Source: Amoebidium appalachense
Lineage: Eukaryota > Protista > Ichthyosporea
Reading direction: 5' to 3'
NCBI GenBank assembly: GCA_963693365.1
Contig: CAVNZM010000002.1
Span: forward strand, 2,186,259 to 2,250,258
Length of the DNA stretch: 64,000 nucleotides
Both the position numbers and the translations under genes were made by a program. Under the pieces are notes generated by a model, which did no database searches, was not told the origin of the DNA, and saw only the letters and a program-made list of their open reading frames with translations. Below are positions 1-12,071 of this stretch, piece after piece (the first letter of the stretch is position 1; each line of letters starts with the position of its first letter).

Positions 1-126
1 TATACCCGATATATGCAAAAAAGCAACACACAAGCACAGTCGATGTGCAACGTATTCTGAGCCGATGACCCCGGCGTAGGTTGTGTTCAAGTAAGATATT
101 TACAGTGTCCGGGATACACATTTGCT

Positions 127-176
<50 letters not shown>

Positions 177-347
177 ACAACCATACCATCCATACACAAC
201 TATGCGCACATCCATAAACACACATGATATCATTGCTTCTAACAGATGCTAAATCATCTACACAATTCAACACTGCTGTCCATGATCAATTCCGTGTCGA
301 AAATATCACTAAGACTGGCACCAAAAACCATCACCCCAAACATCCCC

Positions 348-392
<45 letters not shown>

Positions 393-402
393 TGTCACCC
401 AC

Positions 403-700
403 CTCTTGATGCAGAATTCGGAACAGGGAGCGGAATCTCTTTGTCATGACCTTTCGCAGTGTGCCAAAGCTGTACCTGAAGATGTAGTTGGTGCCGATCA
501 CGTACAGTTGGTGGATCTGCGCTGCATGGTTCACTGCAATAAAATAACCCCATGCACCAATCAGCATGTGCTCATAAGATTTAAAATTAGTTCGTTGTCT
601 AAAGAATAAGAACATTGAGAATACAAATGAACACATTTTAATGGTAAAAATCCATAGTGCACTCCAGAGAAAACCCACCCCACCTCCCCACACTCTGCAA

Positions 701-761
<61 letters not shown>

Positions 762-1480
762 ACCAAAAAAAAAAAAAAAAAAAAAACCACCCACCCGTGC
801 ATAATACCACACGTGTTCACCTTTGGAGTTGATCAATGCAACACACCACCCCATAGACATTCCATTCAGGTTAACCAGGTAAAACCCTCCCTTTATATTA
901 CTCCTATGTCGCCACAGCCCCAGCCCCCTGTATCCCACACAACATCACCCATGCAACCACCCACTTATTCGGCTTCACAGCAATCCCAGAACTCCACGCC
1001 ACCCCATTCCCTCGTTTCCTATCCTGCCTAATCCGTGCCAATCCGTGTCCCTCTTATCCACTATCAAACATTATCACTCGCCCGATCACGAACCAGCAAA
1101 ATTATATATGCAATCAATAGCCCTTGAACTGACCGCCCCCTCTCCCCCCCCAACACACACACACACACACACACACACATACCTCCTTCCCCCCTCCCCC
1201 CCCCCCCAAACACACACACACTTCCCCCCCCCCCCTTTCCCCCTCCCCCCCCCTTCACTTCTCTATCCCCCCCCCCAAACACACACACACCCTGCAATAT
1301 GCGGGCCAGCCTCTTCAGCAGGGACATGTTTGCATGGTTGAGCACAGCCCCTCTGTTGTCGTATATAATCGTGAATTTGGTCTCGGGTGACGATGCCCTG
1401 GGGTGCAGATTGGTGTTAATACGCATCTTCCACCAGAAGAAATTCTCCTGGTTTTCCTTTTTTTTTCCCCCAATCCCCCC

Positions 1481-1511
<31 letters not shown>

Positions 1512-1520
1512 CACCACCAC

Positions 1521-1613
<93 letters not shown>

Positions 1614-1622
1614 AACACATAC

Positions 1623-1654
<32 letters not shown>

Positions 1655-2120
1655 GCACACGCACATTTTTCGACCATTTACACCGTTTGACAAACCCCCT
1701 GCACTACATTGGAATTATTTAAACGCCAAGGTTAAGGTTTCATTTTTTTACGGTATTCTCAACGTCTTCTCCGATGGGTGCTAGACCCCAAGAGCCTATT
1801 ATGTCAACCGTAAGTTGTTAGTTCAGTCGGCGCATCTCTAGATATTAACCCCACGTATGTAGCATGTACTCTATGAATGTGTTTGATCAACCCCTGCTTC
1901 CCATCAAAAATGACGTCACAACGGCTGCCACCACCATGTCACAACAACAAAAACTAAAATGCGAAATAAAAGCATGTGTTGGAGGGAAGGGGAGGGGGGA
2001 AGAAGGGCGTTTTTGATATGCATTACACAGTATGAAGTACACATTTACTACTAACAACAGAGAGCACACACAGGGGGGTGGAGGTGGGGTAGGGGTGGGA
2101 TTGTGGGTGTGGGTGGGTGT

Positions 2121-2167
<47 letters not shown>

Positions 2168-3966
2168 GGAAGAGCAAACCATTTGTCTTCAAACTCGTTG
2201 AGACGGTATATCCATGTTTTCAACGACGCTTCTCTGCCATTGTGATGTTGCATGCGCACATTGCGGCCCACCTGTGTGTGTGTGTGTGTGTGTGTGGGTG
2301 TGTGTGTGTGTGAGTGAGTGCGCGCGCGCGTGCTTGCACGTGCGTATTTCCATTATTGCAGAGTTAGGGGGAATAGGAGGGGCAAGTGTGACTTCTGGGC
2401 ATGCAGGCACGATGTCCTATATAAAGGCAGCATTTCTCCAGGATTCCTATGCATGGCGATTAGCGATGCCAAGAAAAGTAGACCATGCCATACATAGGCA
2501 ATGCCCCTCATCGAGTCCAATGCCCTTGACTGTGTGTATCTGTAAGCACAAACCCAGGCAAGCTCCTTCATAGGTTGAAAAACACAATTGTAGGCCAAAA
2601 ACGGTAACACCACGTCAAGTGTAGGGTAAAAAACAGTTTAAAAAGCTTGGCATATGTTCAAATGAAGTTGAAACACGTAGAAACAGGCTAAAATACGGTC
2701 AAAAACGGGAAAAGTGTAGGGACACGCACCCTAAAGACTAGGCACGGCCTGCCGGCCTTGTCATGGCCGTGCCAGTAGAGGAAGTTCTGCTGCAGCTCTG
2801 CAAAGATCTCCTCGGGTTTGATCTTGTCCGGTCGCACCATGTTGTACCTGTGCCCGGGATATGGTGTTGGTCATTTGCAATTAACAGAAAATCTTGCTGG
2901 ATAGATGGGCCGAGCTCTTGTGTGGACCTAACACTCCCCCAGCTAGGTAGAAAGCCCCGGGGGGGGGGGGGGTTTGAATGCGGAACACAGTACGAAGTAC
3001 GCATAGACGATGAGAAGCATGGTGCAGGACACATGCAAAGGCAAACATTCAACTATGCAGCATCAGCCATGCGCACAGTATGCGTCATAAGCAGAGCCCA
3101 TCCTCAGGGAGGGCCCAAGTCATCAATTGCGTCTGAGTTTCGACCCCTTAGCCCGCGTATATACGACGCTCCAACTCAGACAGCAGCATCAACTGAACTT
3201 GGGTGGGTCAACCCGTCTTGATCAAAGACGAGCAGGGTTGCTTATGCAAGCAAGGTGAGCAAACCGGTGAAGATGTGTGTGCAAACTAATGCAGTGCAGC
3301 GACAAACGCGTGTGCTTACAGATGCACGACACAGAGCAACCATGCCCGGTTGCATGGAAGTAAAGATGTCTCCACACAGTGGTCTGTCCTGAAAGGACAC
3401 CTCTGAAAGAAGACAGGGGGGGTTTGAATGCGGAACACAGTACGAAGTACGCATACACGATGAGAAGCATGGTGCAGGACACATGCAAAGGCGGGGGGGG
3501 GGGGGGGGGGGGGGGGTTTGCAAAAAAGATATGGCAGTGAAAGCAACACACGGGGAAGAAAACTTGTGGAGAACAAAAGACACACAATGACCAACACAAA
3601 GAAGCAAGACATTGAAAGCAGGTATGCAGGGGCCAGTCCCATTCTTCATTTGTGGGGGGGGGGGGGATTGTGACTATAAGCCTTCCCCCTGTGTCCCCCC
3701 GAATATCATCCACGGCGCTGCTGGCAGCAGCAAGGGGGAGGAAGGGGGGGGGGGGGGGGGGGGGGGAGGAAGGGGGCGAGGGAGGAGGATAGAAATATTT
3801 GTATTCTATACATCTAGCCACGCACACGGAAGAAAGAATACCAAAGAACACGGTGAGGGCATTGTGCCTGTGGTACGTGTGCTTGTGTATTGGGGGGGAG
3901 GAGGTAGTATGGGTACAAGTGCGGCACTGACCATTCAAACTGGCTGGTGAGGAACTGGTATGCATC
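403..3966 (-). other. CRAL-TRIO (Sec14-like) lipid-binding domain
   Basis: Spliced DAYQFLTSQFEWYNMVRPDKIKPEEIFAELQQNFLYWHGHDKAGRPCLVFRV...TWIYRLNE...KFTIIYDNRGAVLNHANMSLLKRLARILQVNHAAQIHQLYVIGTNYIFRYSFGTLRKVM. The HGxDKxGRP, IIxDxxG and LQ..H....LY+I motifs appear in canonical order. Confidence 0.88.
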
Positions 3967-4493
3967 CTGCACGTCATGGTTGCACACACACAGCCCACGC
4001 CGTATGCGCGCACGCTGCCACGTCTGTATGTGCCGAACACATACCCGGGAACATGTTAGGATAGCCTGGTCTCAACGTGGTAATTATTCACAAGCAACCC
4101 CGTCTTCTCCATTCCCCATCCAATCCCCCCCCCCCCCCCCCCCCCCCCAAACTCAATCCCACCCCTCACCTCCCCCCCAAAAAACTGTGAACAAAAAAGG
4201 TTAAATCTCCAATAATCCCCCCTTCCCCCTTTCTCACCTCCCCTACAGCATGGCCCAACCCAGATTGAACACACGGGCACAAGACATATACAACAGTCCT
4301 GAAGGGCTCCGAACAGAGCACATTTAACCCTCTGCATCCCTGCCAAACTAGTGTCTACACAAAAGACTATTCATGCCCCCACCGTCAAAATGTCAATGAC
4401 ATATACCTCACGCATGGCAACAGCATGGGTATGGCCACATCAACACTTCTACTCGTATTCAACCCCCCTCCCCCCCCCCCCCCTCCCCCCCCC

Positions 4494-4546
<53 letters not shown>

Positions 4547-4684
4547 AACATACATGCACGGGCCTTTTTTGGGGGTCTCATACAGGGCATCGACACATGG
4601 GCGCGCATCAACCCAGGCATGGTACGCGCACATGCACGTATGAAGGCACACACACACACAAACCGACACACACAGAGAGAGAGA

Positions 4685-4717
<33 letters not shown>

Positions 4718-5402
4718 GGATGGGGAAGGGAGATAGTGACAGACAGAGAGAGAGATAGAGAAGACGGCTACACTCACCTCGTCCCTGTATTTTGCCGGGC
4801 CAGCCCCAGCCAGCTGATGTGTGCGCACCATGTTGAACAGGGTGTCCTCCTTGGACGGGTCTACGTCCTGCAGACTAGTCTCAGTACCACCCCATGGACC
4901 CATGCATATACACCTCCCCATTTAGGCTGGTTTTCAGATCTTTTTTTTAAGATCCATTTTAATCGGATAAACTGCAGCCAAAACGACTGTATGAGATCAT
5001 CATGTATACATATGTCCCACTATTTGGTATCCAGTCCTAGTCATATCGTGAGTGGCAACTAATCTGGACACATCTCATCACAGTCTATTGTACACCCTGC
5101 GGTTCTGCTTTATTCAACCCCCCTCTTCCCCCCCCCCCCCCCCCCCAAAAAAAAAAAAAAAAACAAAAACAAAAAAAAAGAAAAGTCAGTTTCCCCTTTA
5201 AACATTGGCATACAGAAAACTAGTACAAAGCATCGATAGCATCAAGAAACAACCACAAATCTAACGGCAATTTGGAAAGTGCTAACGTTGCGGGAGGGTG
5301 GGAGTCTTTCTTCTTTTGTGCAAGTGTGTGTGTGCAGGTGTGCTGCCAGAGAGGGGGGAAGGGGGGGGGGGGGGAGGGGGGGCGGCGGAAGGGAGAGGGG
5401 GG

Positions 5403-5451
<49 letters not shown>

Positions 5452-6143
5452 GGGATCATACCTCTACGAATTCTTGGTCTTCGTCTTCAAACCCGCGATC
5501 AAACACATCCTCGTCCTGCAGACGTTGAAACATTGGTCACACACAACTATGCCAGAAAGGGTTGCTGCAGAACCAGTGCACATCCTCGCCCGGGGGATGA
5601 GAGCGTATAGTGTGTGTATGTGTGTGTGTGTGGGCGGGGGGTGGGGGGGGGATGTATCAGGGGGCCGAGGGAAAGCAAGAGCACAGAAAACGACAAAGCA
5701 TAAATATTATTCAGAGTCATCACAGGATAGGTCCTCCACGGGGGAGGGGGGGGGGGGAAGAAGGGGGGGGGGGGGGAGGGGGGGGGGGGGGGGAGGATGG
5801 GGGATGTTTTACAGAACACCAAGTACACACTCATGACGGCCCATATAATGCAAACTTTGCACAGCACACACAAAAGGGAGGGGGGGGGGGGGGAGGGGTT
5901 TGTCCCAACCATGTAGTATCCGTGGTGGCGGATGGCCACCCCCTTGACCAGTTGGGTAGCCTCACTGATGGTGGTCGAGGCCTTTTGCTGGAAAAAAAAA
6001 AAGAAAAAGAAAAAAAAAGTAAAAAGTAAAAGCATGAGCGTGTTACCCTGCCATTAGAAGATACTCACGAGGATGTGGGAACAAGGTCCTCTTGTGGGGG
6101 TATGTGTATGTCGAATGGTGCTACGAACTTAAACACTGCATAT

Positions 6144-6180
<37 letters not shown>

Positions 6181-6424
6181 ACCGCAATACACACAAACAC
6201 ATTCACACTTTCTCTCTCTCTTTCAGAACTCACTCACTCATTACTCTCCCTGTGTGTGTGTGTGTGCGTGAGTGTGTGCGTGTGTGTGCGCGCGTGCGCA
6301 TGCATGTGCGTGTGCATGTGTGTCCGCCCCAGCCCCCCCTCCCCCCCATCACCTCTCTTTCTCTCTTTCGCTGTGTATGTCTGTTCTGTGTGTGTCTATT
6401 TCCCCCACCCTCCACCTCTCTCTC

Positions 6425-6491
<67 letters not shown>

Positions 6492-6542
6492 GTCTGTGTG
6501 CGTGTGTATGTGCGTGTGCTGCGTGTGTGTGTGTGTGTGTGT

Positions 6543-6633
<91 letters not shown>

Positions 6634-6775
6634 CCCTGTCCCCCCCGCCCCTCTCGCTGTCTGTCTCTCTCTCTTATGTCTGTGTCTGTTTGGGTGTGTG
6701 TGGGTGTAGTGATACAGTTTAAGCAACCATACACACACACACACACAAACACACACAAACACACACAAACACACA

Positions 6776-6840
<65 letters not shown>

Positions 6841-7441
6841 CGGCAGCCATCAGTTCATGCCACTCGTGTGGCTTCTTGACCATCACCACAAGCTTAATTT
6901 CCTCCTCACGGGCTGACCGGAACAGATCACGTAGCTCCTCCGGTGACGTCAGCTCGGTTTTGGTTTTCTGCATGTGTGTGTGTGTGTGTCGTGAATGCAT
7001 GTGCAGTTGTGTATGGTGTGGCGGAAGTGCATGTGTGTTTGTGTATCCCAAGTGCATGTACGTGCATGTGTATGAATGTGTTAGTGAGCATGTATGTGTG
7101 TGTGCGTGTGTGTCTGTCGGTGTGTGTGTGTGTGTGTGTGGTGGGTGGGTAAGTGTGGAAGCAGGTGCCATGATGTATCTATGTGTGCGCATGGGTGTAT
7201 GCACGCTGGTGGGGTGTGGGTGCACATGGATGCTGATGTGTCAGTTCATGTGCATGTGCATGGGTGCTGACGAAAGGGGGAAAGAGTGGGGGAAGGGGGA
7301 GGGGGCAGGGAGGTGGAAGGGGAAGTGGGAGGGAGGGGAAGGGGGGGGGGCAATTTGCCAAGCACTTTCTTGAAGACGTCAGGGTAGAAGGGGATGTATA
7401 TGCAACACTGTGTGTGTGGGCGCAATGGTGTGTGTGTGTGG

Positions 7442-7508
<67 letters not shown>

Positions 7509-8911
7509 TGTGTGCGCGCGCACGTACACACACACCCTCCCACCCCCTACCCGGCCCACACAACACACACACACACACACACCCCATTCCACCCCCCCCC
7601 CTCCCCCCACACACCCCCCCAACCTCATCCCCCCCCCCCCTCCCAAACCCCCTCCCAAACCCTCCCCCCTTTTCCCCAACCCCCCCCCCCCCCCACACAC
7701 ACACACACATACATACACATCCACACATTCCCACCCCCACTCACCACGACATCATCCTTGTAAAGAATTTTAACCCCACCCATCTCCTCCGCCTGCAGCC
7801 TCTGTATGACTGCGCTGACCAGGTTGACATAGAGCATCTCCTTCTCGTGGTAGCCCTGCATGCTGCCTCCTGCCTGCATGCTCTCACGCAGCTGCCTGTT
7901 CTGACGCTTGAGAGACTCGATGTAGTCTACCGCTGCACGTGGGGATGGAAGTGGTAAGTGGCGGGTATGTGCATTAGGAGTGGGGCTCTGCGGGTAAGGA
8001 GGGAGGGAGGGAGGGAGGGAGGGAGGGGGGAGGGGGGAGGGAGGGAGGGAAGGAAGGAGCCAGGGAGTAAGGGGGGAAGATGTACCCTTCGACAGCAGCA
8101 TAGCCCGGGGGGTGCCAGGGCGCACAAAGGGCAGCACGGCCTCCAGGTCCTTGAAACCGTCCTTGATGTTGTCTCGGCGCCTCTGCTCGAGCTGGATGTG
8201 CGTGCTGCGCTTGACTTGCTGGGGGGAAACGGTGATGAGGGGGGGTGGATATAAAGAGGTGACAGAGATTGGGTGTGGAGTATGTGTGTGAGTGTGTGTG
8301 TGTGGGGGGGGGGGGGGGGGGGGGGGGAGGAGGGGGAGGCTCTCCAGTTAAGCGGGAGGGTGGAGGGGAGGAGACATGAGAGAAGGAAGGAGAAGGGGTT
8401 GTTCAGGGGGAAGGGGGTGGAGGGTATACATGTTAAAGGGTGGGAACTATGATATAAACAGACATTAAAGACTACAAAGGCAAAAACACAACCAGACGAA
8501 ATCAAAATCTACAGACAGAAAATATTGAAACAGAGCCCATCATCAGGCCCGGGGAGGGAGGGGGAGTAGAGGGGGGGGGGAGGGGGGGGGGGGGGGGGGG
8601 GAGGGGGGCTGTCTGATGTGTGTGGGAAACGGGATGTGTGGAGGAAGGGTGGGCGGGGCAGAGCGGGGTGAGGAGGGGGTGGGATGGGGGGAAGGACGGT
8701 GGGGGGAGGGGGGGGGGGGGACATGGGAAGAGGGAGAAGGATAGTGAAAAATGGAAGGGGAGTTGGGGGCGTGGGTTGCAGGCAGATGGATGGGTTTAGG
8801 GAAGGTGGCAAGAGAGATAATGATAGCAAGAGGGGTTAAAAGGACAAGCAGCGGCGGGTAAGTGTGTATGGGTGTGCATGGGAACGTGTTTGCAGGTTTT
8901 GTGTGATTAAC

Positions 8912-8958
<47 letters not shown>

Positions 8959-8972
8959 CGCGCCTGTGTGTG

Positions 8973-9043
<71 letters not shown>

Positions 9044-9303
9044 CAGCGCGCGCGCGCGCGCGTGCATGTACGTGTGCGCGCACGTGTCCGTGTGCTTGTG
9101 TGTGCGTGTGTGTTTGTTGGGGTGGGGTGGGGGGGGGGGGGGGGGGGGGGGGAAGGAATAACTTGCTACACTCTGCTACAGTGATTTGGATATATGATAC
9201 TTGCAGGGGTATGGTAAAGGATTTCAATAGAGCAGGTTGGCTGTTAGATGCCGAGGAGAAGGAGTGACTGTGCATCTCATGGTTTGTTTTGGTTGGCTGC
9301 GCG

Positions 9304-9337
<34 letters not shown>

Positions 9338-10368
9338 AACATACCCGTTTCTCGACCTCCTCCATCGGAAGAACCCTGTGCCCCACCACCGTTTCAATCC
9401 CCACCCAGAACGAACAGTTTTGATGAATTATTGTGGCTATATAGACATATAAGAGCTGACTGGCACCTCTCCCTATGTAGAGAGAAGCCAACCAAAAACG
9501 TGCACATTTCGAAGGGTGGCAAAGACAATATTAGGTGGGGGGCATACGACAAAGGGGGAAACTAAAAGAATGCTGCTGCACATGCACAGGCTAAACGGAA
9601 GTGGCGGTTGAGGTAGGTGAGTGCAAAACTGGGTGGCATAGCGGGAGGCGGCGGCGGAGGGGTGAAGGAGGGAGGGAGTGGGGGGGGATGTGGAATGCAT
9701 TACTGAGTACGAAACACACATTCACGAGGGACGACACAATGCAGATTCAGCAAAAACGCGTACACACAAACGGTGTGTAGAAGGCGAGGGAGGGATCTTC
9801 ATGTAAGCGTACTTGGAGAGCCACGACGGCAGGGAGACGGGAAGGGAGGAAAGGCATAAGAGCCGGGGGGTGCGAGAGGGGGGGGGGGGGGGGGGGAGGG
9901 GGGGAGTATGCACCGAGTGCACTACCACTTACTCTGGTGGTGGTGGCGGGTTGACCACAGGAGACACAGGCAGCTTACCCGCCAGGGCAGGGGGCCGAGG
10001 AAGAGGGGTGGGTGGTGCAGTCATAGCGGGAGTATTAAGTCCAGGTGTGGAGAGGGAGGGTGGTACTGGAGAAGAGAGTGGTGGGGGTAGGGAGGTCTGG
10101 ATGGGCTGGGGCATATATGGATACATGTGGAGGGGATGGGCAAGGCGGAGGGGCTGTTGGTATCGAAGATCCATGTGGTTGCCTTGGTTGGGGGTTGGGT
10201 TGCTGGGTGTGGCTGGGAGGGTGCCGGAGTTGACCTGTGCAAAGCTGAAGGCAAGGTTCATGTCGGGGATAGGTGTGGCTGCCTGGGCCTGTGTAGGCAG
10301 GAGTGTTGCTAAGCATTCTTTTTTTGTTGTTGTTGTGCATGTCTTGCGTGTTTGGTTTGGGGGTGCCG

Positions 10369-10417
<49 letters not shown>

Positions 10418-10658
10418 CCTTGGATACATCATCATGGTGAGGGAAAAAAAACAAAAAAAAACAGAACGTCCGGTTCAAACAAAAGGGAAACGAATATTAC
10501 GAGTCGGAGGATGCCACGGTGGCAGCAGCGGTGGCGGGTAAGGGGGGGGGGGGGGGGGGGGGTATTTGAATGGTATATGACGGTTGAAATATTGCCTCTG
10601 AAGAACACTGAGGGCGACTGGAGGAGGAAAGGGAAAGGATAAGGTGGGTGGGTCTTTT

Positions 10659-10689
<31 letters not shown>

Positions 10690-11266
10690 GGGATGTCAGG
10701 GAAAGCTGGTGTTTTTCAGAACGAGGGCCAATTACTTGCAGGGGTGGGAAGTGTGTGTATGGAGGGGGGGGAAGGGGGGGGGGGGGGGGGGGGGGGGGGG
10801 CCAGCAAGGAGGGAAAGGGGGGGGTCCCAGGGGGAGGAGGGGGGAGTTTGACAGAAAACAACGGATAGCATATAGAGGTGTGCTGCAGCAAAATGAATGT
10901 ATGAAGGTAGAGCTTCCTGATGGTGGTTGCAGTATGGGGGTTAGGAGGGGAGGTGGGGAAGGGGAGGTGGGGGTGGGGGGGTGGGGGGGGGGCGGTTACC
11001 ATGTTTTGCATGGCTGGACTAGGAAAGGCAAAAGGCTGTTCCATCTGCCCCATCAGATTTGCATTGAAAGCTGGAGTCCAAAACGCAAATGTGAGAGTGC
11101 TGAAGGGAAGGGAAAAACTGTTCCGGATACCTCACAGCTGCGAGACATGTTTGCAGCTGAGGACACTTGTGTAAATCAAGGCGTCTTGAATGCAATGTTG
11201 CTACAGATTTTGCACCGCAGCTGGCACTTGCACTTGCACATATGGTGTTCACACAGCTCAGAGTTT

Positions 11267-11306
<40 letters not shown>

Positions 11307-12071
11307 CCCCGCCGCCCTTTCCCCCCAAACACACACACACAGAGGAAGAGACGTAAACCGTACCTCCCCCTCAACGACTGCTACCAACCCCACGTTGCGG
11401 GTATATATGATCCAGGCACATCCACACAGAAACGAGACAGTGTAAAGGCAAAAAAAAGAACAACTTGACTGTGAAGAAGAAGGAAGGAAGCAATAGAACT
11501 TAGCAAATGAAGATGGTTAAGAGTGAGACAGGAAATAGCGGCAGGAAAGAGGGCAAAGGCAAAAAGGCGGGTGCACGAGAAGTGCAGGGGATTGCAAAAT
11601 TCTTACAAAGACGGAACTGGAAAGTGATCTGGAGTGGTGTTCAGAGGGGGTGATGGGGGAAAGAATTGAAAGTCGGGGGGGAAAGAGGGGGGAGGGGGGG
11701 GGGGAGGGGGGAGGGGGGGGACGTGCGATGCTGTTTAGATGTGTGGACTTGCAGAAAGAAACCAGGCAGAACAGAAAAAAATAAAAAAAAGCCGTACTTG
11801 GTGAGCAGTTTGTACACGTGTGGTTAGGTTTTTTGCACGAGGCCACGGCAGCACCGTGGACAGCACGAAGGCTTGTAACAGGAATGTGAGACACTAAGTC
11901 CCTTAACAAACACCGCTTACCCTCATATCCGGTCAACATGGGTTGAAGTTGGTTTATCTCCGTCTTCATAGCCTGTGACAGGGAGGGGAGGGGGAGCCCT
12001 TGCCCTTCGTTCATCCCCACATCCCCGAACACGAAGTCCATGTCAAGTATATCTATGTCCTGATGATCCAT
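403..12071 (-). CDS. Multi-exon gene: bHLH(-ZIP) transcription factor fused to a PB1-like domain and a C-terminal CRAL-TRIO/Sec14 domain; 3' end unresolved
   Basis: GT-AG exons, all phase-compatible: 11921-12071, 11000-11070, 9933-10288, 9345-9375, 8086-8218, 7745-7932, 6839-6967, 5910-5987, 5462-5515, 4778-4867, 3932-3966, 2730-2847, 2180-2271, 1291-1397, 403-533 (1764 nt, 588 codons, no stop). Protein starts MDHQDIDILDMDFVF, then a Pro-rich region, then the domains listed below. A small exon may be missing between 4777 and 3967. Confidence 0.8.
2971..3492. repeat. Dispersed structured repeat, copy A; 72-bp direct repeats (2971-3042, 3421-3492) flank a multi-stem core
   Basis: ggtttgaatgcggaacacagtacgaagtacgcat(ag/ac)acgatgagaagcatggtgcaggacacatgcaaaggc occurs twice. 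The core 3086-3230 is similar to 18910-19048. Confidence 0.85.
6839..7850 (-). other. PB1-like domain
   Basis: Spliced MLYVNLVSAVIQRLQAEEMGGVKILYKDDVV-KTKTELTSPEELRDLFRSAREEEIKLVVMVK. By eye this follows the PB1 pattern: helix, xLxYxD, LTSxEEL, final LxLxV strand. Confidence 0.55.
7880..8218 (-). other. bHLH domain of the Max/Mlx/Mondo (group B, CACGTG-binding) type
   Basis: Spliced translation KRSTHIQLEQRRRDNIKDGFKDLEAVLPFVRPGTPRAMLLSKAVDYIESLKRQNRQL. It has the H..E..RR basic-region signature and the KAVDYI helix 2. Confidence 0.93.

Noticed and set aside
1-330. Terminal exon candidates for the bHLH-Sec14 gene (LSDIFDTELI near 250-315; QMCIPDTV from 124)
   Set aside because: The first is out of phase and the second lacks recognisable similarity; left unresolved.
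700-790. Exact lengths of poly-C/poly-A junction tracts as functional signals (e.g. G-quadruplexes)
   Set aside because: Homopolymer lengths are prone to sequencing and assembly error and cannot be interpreted without reads.
3090-3145. Hammerhead-like words (CUGAGGA, CGAAAC) and C/D box-like words on the minus strand of the repeat
   Set aside because: The required stem II pairing could not be formed, and such short motifs arise by chance.
4045-4450. Candidate exons for the missing CRAL-TRIO N-terminal helix
   Set aside because: Several options exist, none with both the correct phase and convincing splice sites.
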